A stretch of DNA of 25,307 nt. Origin: Candidatus Cloacimonadota bacterium (GTDB lineage Bacteria > Cloacimonadota > Cloacimonadia > Cloacimonadales > WRIO01). Each line of letters starts with the position of its first letter. Position 1 is the stretch's first letter. The stretch lies in assembly GCA_029564175.1 (NCBI GenBank), contig JAKQQL010000015.1:1-25307 (forward strand), read 5' to 3'. The notes under the pieces were generated by a model that searched no databases, was not told the origin of the DNA, and saw nothing but the letters and a program-made list of their open reading frames with translations. The position numbers and the translations under genes were made by a program. This document shows positions 8,251 to 17,695 of this stretch, piece after piece.

Positions 8251-9627
8251 CTAAACTTTATACTCCAGCAGTTTCTTAATGCTTAAAGCACATAACTGAT
8301 CTGCCTGTTCTTGGGTTTTAGCTTCAACATATACTCTGATAATGGGCTCAGTTCCTGATTTTCGAATGTGTACCCATTGATTTTCAAAAATAATTTTAAT
8401 ACCATCGGTATAATCAATTTTTGCATCTGGATAAATCTTATCTGCACGACTCATCATCTCATCAAGCTCCTCTGGCTGAACATCTAGTTTTTCTTTTGCA
8501 AAGAAATAGTGAGGAATATCCATTACCAGTTCTGAAAGCGGTTTAAATTCTTCAGCCATATATGCCAGAACAAGAGCCATCCCTGCCATGGCATCACGGG
8601 TATAGTGAACATCAGGGCAAATGACTCCTCCGTTACCTTCTCCACCAACCGGACTGTTCATTGCTTTCATCGTTTTTCCGACATTTATTTCTCCAACGGC
8701 GGTACGCGTGACTGTTACGCCGAATTCACGGGCTATATCTTCAGAAGCCATAGAAGAAGAGAGGTTAGTTACAATTGGTCCTTTTTTCTTGGATAAGACA
8801 TATTTTTCGGCTAACAACAGAGAGAATTCTTCACCGATACACATCCCTTTTTCTGAGACAATTGCTAGCCTGTCTCCGTCAGGATCGGTAGCAAAGCCAA
8901 TATCACCCTTGTATTTTTTTACAGCATCCTCTAGTTGAGTCAGATTTTTGTTTAATGGTTCTGGCGTGTGAGCAAAAAAGCCGGTTGGATCACCGTTTAT
9001 TTCAATTACTTCACAACCAAGTTCTCTGAGTAATTTATTTGAAATAACGCACCCTGCACCATTTACCGAGTCCAGAATCACTCTGAAGCGTTTTGAACGT
9101 ATCTTTTCAAGATTGATATAGGGAATTTTCAATACTTTTTTGATATGATCATCTGATGCATGATCATACATTGTTACTTTTCCCATTTTGTCCCAGCAAG
9201 CATAGGGGATCGGTTTTTCAATGGACTGATAAAACTCCTGAGCATATTCAGGAAACAAAAACATACCATTTTGATCAACTAATTTTAAGGCATTCCATTC
9301 TGCTGGATTGTGAGAAGCGGTGATACAAATGCCACCAATAGCCTTGTTGTTTGATTCTTCAACACAAAGTAATACAGTGGGTGTAGTCGCAATTCCCAGA
9401 TATTTAACATCAACCCCTACACTGATAATGCCGGAAACTACTGCGTGATATAATGCTTCACCAGTTGTACGGGAATCACGGCCTACAACCATAAAAGGCT
9501 TCTCACTTTTATTTTTTTTCTTTAGAAAAGCAGCAAAATGAGCTGCAATTTTAAATACTAAATCAGGAGTAATCGTATCTCCAAACACCCCTCTTACTCC
9601 TGAAACACTCATCATCAGTTTTGACAT
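8251..9627 (-). CDS. glmM: Phosphoglucosamine mutase / phosphomannomutase (alpha-D-phosphohexomutase family)
   Basis: Catalytic ITASHNP, metal loop DPDGDR, sugar loop GEGNGG, phosphate-binding RKSGTEP. Substrate specificity (GlmM vs PMM/PGM) is not certain. Confidence 0.85.
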   Translation of the reverse strand: MSKLMMSVSGVRGVFGDTITPDLVFKIAAHFAAFLKKKNKSEKPFMVVGRDSRTTGEALYHAVVSGIISVGVDVKYLGIATTPTVLLCVEESNNKAIGGICITASHNPAEWNALKLVDQNGMFLFPEYAQEFYQSIEKPIPYACWDKMGKVTMYDHASDDHIKKVLKIPYINLEKIRSKRFRVILDSVNGAGCVISNKLLRELGCEVIEINGDPTGFFAHTPEPLNKNLTQLEDAVKKYKGDIGFATDPDGDRLAIVSEKGMCIGEEFSLLLAEKYVLSKKKGPIVTNLSSSMASEDIAREFGVTVTRTAVGEINVGKTMKAMNSPVGGEGNGGVICPDVHYTRDAMAGMALVLAYMAEEFKPLSELVMDIPHYFFAKEKLDVQPEELDEMMSRADKIYPDAKIDYTDGIKIIFENQWVHIRKSGTEPIIRVYVEAKTQEQADQLCALSIKKLLEYKV

Positions 9628-9790
9628 TTTAACTCCTATATATTTTTCTTTTATTTGACAGCATTAGAATCATTTTTCTTTATGAATCACTTTAAATAAA
9701 TCCTGCAATTCAGGTCATTCTATAAAAATCATGTCATATCTGATTGTAAAATGGCCTATTTTACAACGAACAGAATTGTCTGAAGTCTAT

Positions 9791-10210
9791 TTATTTTTTT
9801 TGGGCAGCGTCCTTGATTGTCTCTATGAGTTTTGCACCGTCAATTGCAAAGCTCATTGATTTTCCATCTGGTTTGGCAAGCACCTGATAAGCTCCGAGAA
9901 ATTTTGCTTTTCTGACATTTGCATCATTTTCAAACATGGTTCCACTTAAAACAATGACTTTGATCGTAGCTGGTAATTGTCCTGAACGTTGCAGATTTTT
10001 TATTTCTTTTAGTTCTTCAAGTCCATCCATTACTGGCATTTCAACATCAGTCAGAATTACATCTGGATGATATTGGAGTGCCATATCAATGGCAATCTTA
10101 CCATTTTCTGCAGTCCAGACATTTTCTATTGCAGGTTCTTTTTTTACAAATTTTTCTAAAAAGCCTCTCATCATGCTGTTATCATCGACAATCAGTATAT
10201 TTATACCCAT
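9791..10210 (-). CDS. Single-domain response regulator resembling the CheB N-terminal receiver (no methylesterase domain)
   Basis: ILIVDD, 'TAENGKIAI...PDVILTDVEMPVMDGLE', VLSG, AKP; ends at 139 aa. Confidence 0.9.
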   Translation of the reverse strand: MGINILIVDDNSMMRGFLEKFVKKEPAIENVWTAENGKIAIDMALQYHPDVILTDVEMPVMDGLEELKEIKNLQRSGQLPATIKVIVLSGTMFENDANVRKAKFLGAYQVLAKPDGKSMSFAIDGAKLIETIKDAAQKK

Positions 10211-10222
10211 AATATTCTCCTC

Positions 10223-10657
10223 TTAGTCTTTATTTCTAGCTTTGTTAAACAAATCTTTCATTGCAACTTTCCAGCGGGATATTTTATCTACAGTATTCAT
10301 CAGAGCATCCTCAAGCTGAGTTTTATTAACCGGCTTGATTAAGAAGTCATTTGCACCCATAGAAAGGGCGTTTATCAGATTTTCTATTTCATCTTCTGCT
10401 GTTATCATGATCACCTGAATTGTGCCATATCTTTTTTTAATTACTTCTAAAAATTGAATACCAGACATCCCTGGCATGTTAATATCAGAAATGACTATCT
10501 GAATGTTTTCTTTTTCAAGTAATTTTAGCGCATCTTCAGCGGAAAAAGCATAAAAAACCTTCCAATCTTTAAAACTGCTTTCGATGAGTTTATGTGCTAA
10601 AGGATCATCATCCACAAAAAGAATAGGAAACAACTTTGTTTTTTCACTGCTTATCAT
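10223..10657 (-). CDS. Single-domain response regulator (REC with a short C-terminal helix)
   Basis: VDDD, ISDINMP, ITA, GANDFLIKP; 4-bp gap after cheA. Confidence 0.9.
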   Translation of the reverse strand: MISSEKTKLFPILFVDDDPLAHKLIESSFKDWKVFYAFSAEDALKLLEKENIQIVISDINMPGMSGIQFLEVIKKRYGTIQVIMITAEDEIENLINALSMGANDFLIKPVNKTQLEDALMNTVDKISRWKVAMKDLFNKARNKD

Positions 10658-10661
10658 TTTA

Positions 10662-12851
10662 TTACTCCTTGAATAATTTCTTTGGATTTAAAACCAATAC
10701 AGCTTTACCATCAGACATTGTAGCACATCCTCGGTAAATGTCAAGATGTTTTAAATTATCCGGAAGCATTCTGATTGATATTTCCTGAATACCGATAACT
10801 TTGTCAATCATTAATGCTCTTCTGGTTGAATCTATTTCCATTATGACGTTTAGTAAACTGTCTTTTTGCTTTAAATCAGTAGTTTCTCCGTCTTGCAAAA
10901 CATCTCGCAGGTGTCTTAAACCAATTAGCTGATCATGATATTTTATAAAATAACCTTCCTGATAACAATGTAACTCTTCCGGTTTTATATGAATTATTGA
11001 GACTACATGTTCAAGTGGAATCAGATACTGCTCATCACATGTAGCATATGACTGATCGACACTGGCCAGACCAACAAGTAAGCCTTTCGAAATCGTTACT
11101 GTCATTGGCAAACTGATACTGATTTGCGTATATTTATTTTCAACACTGTCTATCCGGATATCCCCTTTTACTCTGGAAATATTCTGAAGGACAACATCCA
11201 TACCCACGCCCCGTCCTGATATTTCAGTCACCTTGTCAGCCGTTGAAAATCCAGGTAAAAAAATCAGATTAAAGATCTGCTGATCTGTTAATGACTGAAA
11301 ATCAGCCACTGACATTAAGCCTTTTTCTAACACCTTCTTCTTTATTTTTTCTACTGATAACCCACCTCCGTCATCATATATCTCAATCTGCATTCTTGAT
11401 CCATTTATCTCTGCTGATAAACGAATGGTACCTGTTTCTGTTTTGCCTCTGCTTAGACGAATTTCAGGTGTTTCTATTCCATGATCACATGAATTTCTGA
11501 TAATATGCATCAAAGGGTCAGCCAGCTGTTTCATAATGATGTTATCTAGCTCCAGATCTTCACCTGACATTTCAAAATTAATCTTTTTCCCTTGATTTTT
11601 TGCCAGATCACGTACCAAACGGGGAAATCTCTGAAAAAGCTCCTTAATTTTTTGTAATCTCAGGGTCATTATCAGTTCATCCAGGTCACTAATTACTCTT
11701 TGGAAGGATTTTTCGGTATTTTGCAAAGCCTGTAATACTGACAGAATACTGTCACCGGATCTCAATTTATTCTGAATATATGAGATACTGCTATTAGATA
11801 CGATTAATTCTGTAATCATATTGGTTATACTTTCCAGATAATCTTGTCTGATACGAATATATCCCTCATCCTGAGCTTTTATGAGTTCCGATTTATCTTT
11901 GGATACAGCTGAGACATCTGTTTTACGGTCTTCTTCTTTTTTCTCATTAACGGTTTCATTTTTTTTGTCTATAGCGATTGTCTCTGGTGTTATTTTTAGA
12001 AAATCACAAATTTGTGTAATGAAATCATCGACAATCTGTACAGAAGAATCCTCTTTTTCTATCATCTTCATCAGTTGATGCAACAAATCAAAACCACTTT
12101 GAATCATGACAATAAATGACTGATCAAAATTTTCTTTCATTTTGTTTTTCTCAAACAAGAGTTCAACTTTTTCACATAAACGGTATGTCTGCATCAGTGG
12201 ATGATTATCTTCTAGAACAAAGTCCTGTGAAGCAAGTATTAAATCGATATTCCCCTTAAACTGGTCAAAATGATTGAGCATAATGTAAAAACTGTCTTTG
12301 TCTTTCTGCTCTGTGAAAACACTCAGTGCATTTTCAAACAAAGGATAAAAACTATCTGTTTCAAAACTTAACTGTTTTTTAAAACTGGTATCACATAAAG
12401 GAGATTTTTCAGGTTCAGAGTTAAACTCAGCAAACTTTAACCATGGTTCAATCTTCTCTTTTGTTAAATCAATAAAGGTTAACTCTTCTGTAGTCAATAC
12501 GTTAAACTCAATAATTTCTTTATTTGTATGAATTTCATGACTTAAAAATTTTATAATCTTCTCTGCTGTACCAAAAAGTAAATCTGATAAAGCTTTATAA
12601 GCTTCAGTTAAATCGCTGTTATCTTTTGATTTGAATTCCAGTATCTGATTAATCAGGCTTATCATTAGATTAATCTCATTAAGTCCGGTTAATGAACACT
12701 CAGACATGTATTTCTTAAGTCTATCACTCAATAAAAACAAATTATCTTCATCTGCTTTCATGATATTAGTATGAGTCATAAACTCTTTTTCCTGCGAGAT
12801 TCTCTTCAGTATAGAAAGAACAATCATGATGTCTTCATGATAAATATTCAT
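10662..12851 (-). CDS. cheA: CheA-like histidine kinase (P3 dimerisation, P4 HATPase, P5 CheW-like) with degenerate N-terminal Hpt-like regions
   Basis: 'FQRFPRLVRDLA', 'DPLMHIIRNSCDHGIE', 'DDGGG', 'IFLPGFST', 'SGRGVGMDVV', 'LPMTVTI', 'GCATMSDGKAVLVLNP'; SD GGAGG. Confidence 0.92.
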   Translation of the reverse strand: MNIYHEDIMIVLSILKRISQEKEFMTHTNIMKADEDNLFLLSDRLKKYMSECSLTGLNEINLMISLINQILEFKSKDNSDLTEAYKALSDLLFGTAEKIIKFLSHEIHTNKEIIEFNVLTTEELTFIDLTKEKIEPWLKFAEFNSEPEKSPLCDTSFKKQLSFETDSFYPLFENALSVFTEQKDKDSFYIMLNHFDQFKGNIDLILASQDFVLEDNHPLMQTYRLCEKVELLFEKNKMKENFDQSFIVMIQSGFDLLHQLMKMIEKEDSSVQIVDDFITQICDFLKITPETIAIDKKNETVNEKKEEDRKTDVSAVSKDKSELIKAQDEGYIRIRQDYLESITNMITELIVSNSSISYIQNKLRSGDSILSVLQALQNTEKSFQRVISDLDELIMTLRLQKIKELFQRFPRLVRDLAKNQGKKINFEMSGEDLELDNIIMKQLADPLMHIIRNSCDHGIETPEIRLSRGKTETGTIRLSAEINGSRMQIEIYDDGGGLSVEKIKKKVLEKGLMSVADFQSLTDQQIFNLIFLPGFSTADKVTEISGRGVGMDVVLQNISRVKGDIRIDSVENKYTQISISLPMTVTISKGLLVGLASVDQSYATCDEQYLIPLEHVVSIIHIKPEELHCYQEGYFIKYHDQLIGLRHLRDVLQDGETTDLKQKDSLLNVIMEIDSTRRALMIDKVIGIQEISIRMLPDNLKHLDIYRGCATMSDGKAVLVLNPKKLFKE

Positions 12852-13025
12852 TTATCCTCCGGTTTTCTGTTGAAAATGATTCTTATTAGATTAAGATAAC
12901 TCATTGTCGATAAACCTATCATAATAACTGTAAATTTAATCTATATCCTTTAGTAAAGCAAACAAAGCTTTTATTTGACAGAGTAAAGCATATGCTTACT
13001 TTACTTCAGGATGTTTGATTTAGTT

Positions 13026-14315
13026 TTAATATTTCAATAATGCTTTAATTGAAGCAAGCTCCCATGGTGAGCCCAGTTCAATTGCGGTTAAAATTGTACC
13101 ACCACCTGAGAAGAAATAATAGGTAGGATCATCAATACAACGAATATACATGCCAGGCAGTAAATTCTTGAGTTCCTGAAGAGTATCACCCCCTCCATAT
13201 AGCTTATGCGCTTTTGCATTTTGATCTATTAAAGTATAAAGACTTTCAGTCCCTTCACAGAAATGAGGTGTTAAACCCATCACCGCATTCACAAAAATAG
13301 TCTCTGCTTTTAGAATGATATTCTTTATATTTTCGTCATCGTATGATTCTTTAGCAATATCCAGTACGAAATTAAGTTTTGTTCCTTCTTTCAGATCATG
13401 AATACAGTGAGTTCTGTACTGTCCTTCAATGCGTCCTTCTAAGGTATCAGACTCTACAATATGTTGTGGCTCAAGCACTTTTCCCGGATTTTCTTTAGCA
13501 AGAGCGACAAATTCTTTTGCAATATCCAGATCAGCCGGATCTATACCTTTAATCTCAATACCATATTTTACTGAGAGATATGCATTATAAATCACTCCGC
13601 CTAACAGCAGGTGATCAACTTTTTTTAAAATAGAGCGTAATGGGCCAATTTTCGTATCAAACTTGGAGCCAGCAACAACTGCCAGGAATGGTTTATCAGG
13701 TTCAAAAATTTTCTGCAGGTTGCTGATTTCTTTCTGCATTAACAGTCCTGCATAAGCTGGCAGATATTCTGCGGGTTTTACAGTAGAAGCATGTGGCTGC
13801 CATGACCCAAAGGCATCATTAACAAAAATATCAGCTAATCCGGCTAATTGTTTCCCGAAGGCATCTCTCATTTCTCCTTTAGCCTCTTCGCCCATGAAGA
13901 AACGAGTATTTGGTAAATAAATAAGATCTATCTTGTCTTGACGTAGATCTCTCAACATAAAATTGATTGAGCTGTCAATACCATAATATCCGTCTTCATC
14001 TATTCTTTTAAATTGAGGAATTGCAATTTGTAAGCCCAGCTTTTGTTTCAGATATTCAACAACAGGTTTTACATCTTCTTCATAAGAGATATTGATTTTT
14101 CCCGTTTTCTTATCCTTTGGACGTCCAATATGCGTCATTAGGACAGGTTTCCCCCCTTTTGCTAAAATATAAAACAAGGTAGCAAAAGTCGCATCAATAC
14201 GAAAAGCATCCTTTATCTTGCCTTTTTTTACTACATTATGATCCATACGAACCAATACAACCTTGTCTTTCAGATCTGCATCCTGAATCTTTGGTAATAA
14301 TTCATACTCACGCAT
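13026..14315 (-). CDS. pgk: Phosphoglycerate kinase family protein (divergent)
   Basis: 'VLVRMDHNV', 'HIGRP', 'NDAFG', 'AGLLMQKE', 'GGGDT', 'SGGG'. I moved the start from the ORF-track GTG (14321) to ATG 14315 because the GTG lies inside the SD GAGGTG. Confidence 0.88.
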   Translation of the reverse strand: MREYELLPKIQDADLKDKVVLVRMDHNVVKKGKIKDAFRIDATFATLFYILAKGGKPVLMTHIGRPKDKKTGKINISYEEDVKPVVEYLKQKLGLQIAIPQFKRIDEDGYYGIDSSINFMLRDLRQDKIDLIYLPNTRFFMGEEAKGEMRDAFGKQLAGLADIFVNDAFGSWQPHASTVKPAEYLPAYAGLLMQKEISNLQKIFEPDKPFLAVVAGSKFDTKIGPLRSILKKVDHLLLGGVIYNAYLSVKYGIEIKGIDPADLDIAKEFVALAKENPGKVLEPQHIVESDTLEGRIEGQYRTHCIHDLKEGTKLNFVLDIAKESYDDENIKNIILKAETIFVNAVMGLTPHFCEGTESLYTLIDQNAKAHKLYGGGDTLQELKNLLPGMYIRCIDDPTYYFFSGGGTILTAIELGSPWELASIKALLKY

Positions 14316-14345
14316 AATCACCTCTTTTAATATTCATTTTTCTCA

Positions 14346-14374
14346 TTTATATTATTTTTCAGAGTATTTGTCAA
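14346..14374 (-). promoter_or_regulatory. Putative sigma70 promoter for pgk
   Basis: TTGACA (14374-14369), 17 nt, TATAAA (14351-14346). Confidence 0.65.
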
Positions 14375-14431
14375 TGTTTTTTTCGTAAAAGAAAAACAAA
14401 ATTCTGGAATTTCGGTATTCACAATAAATAG

Positions 14432-14457
14432 AAAGAGCAGGGCTAAGCCTGCTCTTT
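14432..14457 (-). terminator. Intrinsic terminator after the 1012-aa gene
   Basis: AAAGAGCAGG-GCTAAG-CCTGCTCTTT, a perfect 10-bp stem 26 nt after the stop, followed by a U-rich run on the minus strand. Confidence 0.75.
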
Positions 14458-14483
14458 AGATTTTAACTCGCTTTAACTGAGTA

Positions 14484-17400
14484 TTATTTCATCAGTAACA
14501 TTTTTTTAGTTTCAGTATGAGTTGCATTTTTTACCTGGTAGTAATAGATACCGGATGAGACGTTTTTATGTTCCTTATCTTTACCATCCCAGGTAAGCGT
14601 ATGAATACCCTGATCAAAAATATCATTCGCCAGTTCTCTTACTTTTTGACCTTTAACATTGTAAATAACAACTGAGACACGGTCTTTTGCTTTCATTGAG
14701 AATGAAATTGCAGTTGTTGGATTAAAAGGATTTGGGTAATTCTGGTAAACACGGAATGCCTTATTGGACACAATATGGTCATCAGCTGAAGTGAACCCTG
14801 ATGTTGAAACTTTTTGCATATAAATGCCTTTAATTTCTTCTTTACCTGATGAAATGTAGTCAATCCATGCAACATAAGCATTCGTATTTGAGATCTTTCC
14901 AATCTTAGGTTCTGTCTGTTTTTTGATATGATCAGTAATGCTTATTTGTTGAGCTAAAATTGTACCATCATGATCTACCATACCCATGTGAATATCATGA
15001 TCATAATATGCATCTTCCCATACAGCCAAGACTCTGTTGTGCATTAATTCAATATCCACAAAAGTCTGAGCTGAATCCATGTGTGCCACGCCAACGCCAT
15101 TTGCATTCCAGGCAGGATTTAAAGCTGAATCAGCATAATTGTATCTCTGAACATAAATGTCATAATTATCATTATTTGAATCACGGAAATCTCTCCAGGC
15201 CATCGTTAATCTGCCATCCCATTTGGATACAAACTGATCCTGAGCCTGTGGATATGAAGCCACAGGAATTCCGTTTTCAGCAAACTGAATCTGTCCCTGT
15301 TCATTGTACATTTGTGCATAGATATCAAATTCAGAATCCATATTACGATTATCCACCCATAAAACAAGTGGTCCCTGATCAGTTAATTGAATTTGAGGAT
15401 CATTTTCTAACAATCCATCTATTGAAGCAAAAGGAACGCCCTGAGCAGGCCATGCTGGATCAACTGTACCCTCTGAAGTGATTTTCAAAAGATACAGATC
15501 ATAAATGCCACCACTGTGTAAAAATGCCAGATAATTCTGATTTGCATATTTCAATTTAATCTCAATATTTTCAGGATCAAACTGATCTGGATTAGGCGCT
15601 TTCGTTAAAATGGTTTTTCCATTTGTTCCCCATGCAATCTGATTACCCACTATTTTTTGGCCTTTAATATAAATGAAGAGGTTATCTGTATTTACTTCAT
15701 TCCAGAAGAAATAATAGTCTCCTGCAATCATTTGTACACTAATGTAGATTCCAGTTTTTGCTTGAGAATTTGGTGCAAGCGCTATCCCGTCAACACCCCA
15801 GAGTCTGTCTCCGTTTGATGATATTTTCTGAGCTTTTGGGACTTCAACTCCATCAATGTTTTCAAGCCAGAATATGACCAAATTACCATTATTATCAATT
15901 AAAGCATCATATTCGATCTTTTTGCTATGATTTTCAGTTACAGAAATTCCATTTTCGGCAAAGAGAATATTGCGGTTTTCATCTACTTTTTGAATGAAAA
16001 TCTGAGTACCAAGATTAGCATATCTTTCATCCAGCCAGGTAATAAAAGCATTTCCATTATGCGTAAATATTTTCATTTCTGAAGCATTGGCAGAAAGACC
16101 TTCAAACATGTCACTTCCGTTTACAGGAAGTAGTAACTGATTACTATTGTTTACAATCTGTTGTGTTAAGGCTAGTGAACCCTGACTTTGATCAGCCCAG
16201 ATAAAATATAACTGGTTGTTCAATACTTTTACATTCGCACCTGTCTGGTTTCCAGTTAAATTAGAAATTGGTTTACCATTCGCTTCCCAAACAATAGAAC
16301 CGGTTGAACTGTATTTTTGAGCATAAATATCTGAACCGTTTTCCATATTCAGATCTCTCTCATCTTCCCATACAACGACACAACCACCATCATCCAGAGA
16401 AGCAATACGAGCCTGGAACTGTCTTTCAGGCATTTGTGCACCAGCTACAGGATTTGCCCAGACTGCTGTTCCTGCATTGTTAAATTTCTGAACGAAAATA
16501 TCAGGATTGGTATTATTGTCATAACGTTTATCTTCCCAAACAACAAAGAAGTCTCCGTTTGTTGAAGCAGACAATCTTGGTTTTTCCTGAACATTTTCAT
16601 CATTTGTTATATTGATACCGTTAGCACCAAACTGAACTGCACCTTCAAGGTTAATTTTTTGAATAAAAATTTCATAATCATTTTCAGTTCCGGTAATCTT
16701 CTGTTCCCATCCTAAAATAAACTGATTGTTTGAAGATGGAGCCAGACGAACAGAGCCAGGCTGACTTGAGTCACTTGTGAAATTAGTAATTAAAGAAGGA
16801 CCAAATGCAAAAGTACCATTAGGTAAAATTCTTGCCCCATAGATATTGGTAATATTGTTGTTATTCTTTGCAAGAAAAGCGATGATTGCGCCATTTTGTC
16901 CATCTTCCCAGAAAGTATTCTGGCTGACATTTGCGCCATCAACACCGATACGAATTCCATTGTTTTGCCAGCTGACAGCACCCTGTGCGTTTATATGCTG
17001 AGCATAAAAACCAATACTGGATAAACGATAATCATTCCAAACAACAATCGCTCCACCATTGTTATCAGGAACGATATTCAGACTGATTTGAACTTTATTG
17101 GCAGTACATAAAGGCACACCACCTTCAGCCCATAACTTTGTACCTTGAGCATTTAATTTTTGAGCATAAATGTTGCCATCCGCATCATCGGAAAAATCAA
17201 CCCATGCAATAATGACACCATTATCGCTTGTACTTATTATTACAGGATCTTCCTGTCTGTCTGGTTTACTGTCAACGAGTAAGCCATGATCTCCCCACAT
17301 CTTTTGTCCAGATGGATTGATTAATTGAGCATATAAATCTCTTTCACCATGGCGTGTGTCAGACCAGACATAAACAACACCTTCATTCATAGATGCTGCT

Positions 17401-17522
17401 GTTCTAAACCATTCAATATTAACACCTTGTCTGATTGCTAACGCATTTTCCCAGTCCACATTTGCCATCAGCGAACCAAACACTCCAATAACAACGAGTA
17501 GTATTAAAGCGAATCGCTTCAT
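14484..17522 (-). CDS. Secreted repeat (beta-propeller-like) protein with a C-terminal FlgD-Ig/T9SS type A-like domain (1012 aa)
   Basis: Signal peptide MKRFALILLVVIGVFGSLMA; about 16 repeats of 'xWxDxR...IYAQ....G...W...G'; C-terminal 'QNYPNPFNPTTAISF...SGIYYY...KMLLMK'; SD GGAGG. Confidence 0.92.
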   Translation of the reverse strand: MKRFALILLVVIGVFGSLMANVDWENALAIRQGVNIEWFRTAASMNEGVVYVWSDTRHGERDLYAQLINPSGQKMWGDHGLLVDSKPDRQEDPVIISTSDNGVIIAWVDFSDDADGNIYAQKLNAQGTKLWAEGGVPLCTANKVQISLNIVPDNNGGAIVVWNDYRLSSIGFYAQHINAQGAVSWQNNGIRIGVDGANVSQNTFWEDGQNGAIIAFLAKNNNNITNIYGARILPNGTFAFGPSLITNFTSDSSQPGSVRLAPSSNNQFILGWEQKITGTENDYEIFIQKINLEGAVQFGANGINITNDENVQEKPRLSASTNGDFFVVWEDKRYDNNTNPDIFVQKFNNAGTAVWANPVAGAQMPERQFQARIASLDDGGCVVVWEDERDLNMENGSDIYAQKYSSTGSIVWEANGKPISNLTGNQTGANVKVLNNQLYFIWADQSQGSLALTQQIVNNSNQLLLPVNGSDMFEGLSANASEMKIFTHNGNAFITWLDERYANLGTQIFIQKVDENRNILFAENGISVTENHSKKIEYDALIDNNGNLVIFWLENIDGVEVPKAQKISSNGDRLWGVDGIALAPNSQAKTGIYISVQMIAGDYYFFWNEVNTDNLFIYIKGQKIVGNQIAWGTNGKTILTKAPNPDQFDPENIEIKLKYANQNYLAFLHSGGIYDLYLLKITSEGTVDPAWPAQGVPFASIDGLLENDPQIQLTDQGPLVLWVDNRNMDSEFDIYAQMYNEQGQIQFAENGIPVASYPQAQDQFVSKWDGRLTMAWRDFRDSNNDNYDIYVQRYNYADSALNPAWNANGVGVAHMDSAQTFVDIELMHNRVLAVWEDAYYDHDIHMGMVDHDGTILAQQISITDHIKKQTEPKIGKISNTNAYVAWIDYISSGKEEIKGIYMQKVSTSGFTSADDHIVSNKAFRVYQNYPNPFNPTTAISFSMKAKDRVSVVIYNVKGQKVRELANDIFDQGIHTLTWDGKDKEHKNVSSGIYYYQVKNATHTETKKMLLMK

Positions 17523-17631
17523 AAATCCTCCATTTTATAATCAATTATTTTTTTAATTTGCAATTTTCCTTCCAAAATAATGAGTCTGCTCATATCAGTT
17601 TTAAAAATGAGCTTTCTATTTGGATATTTAA

Positions 17632-17669
17632 AAAGGCATAAAAAGCGAACTTTAATTTTTTATGCCTTT
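17632..17669 (-). terminator. Intrinsic terminator after the TerB-like gene
   Basis: AAAGGCATAAAAA-N12-TTTTTATGCCTTT, a 13-bp inverted repeat 26 nt after the stop. Confidence 0.65.
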
Positions 17670-17695
17670 AGTTTTTGAATTATTGATATATCAGA

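Noticed and set aside
14484..17522. Repeats as a CRISPR array or DNA tandem repeat
   Set aside because: The repetition is visible only at protein level; there are no identical nucleotide repeats with spacers and no cas genes.
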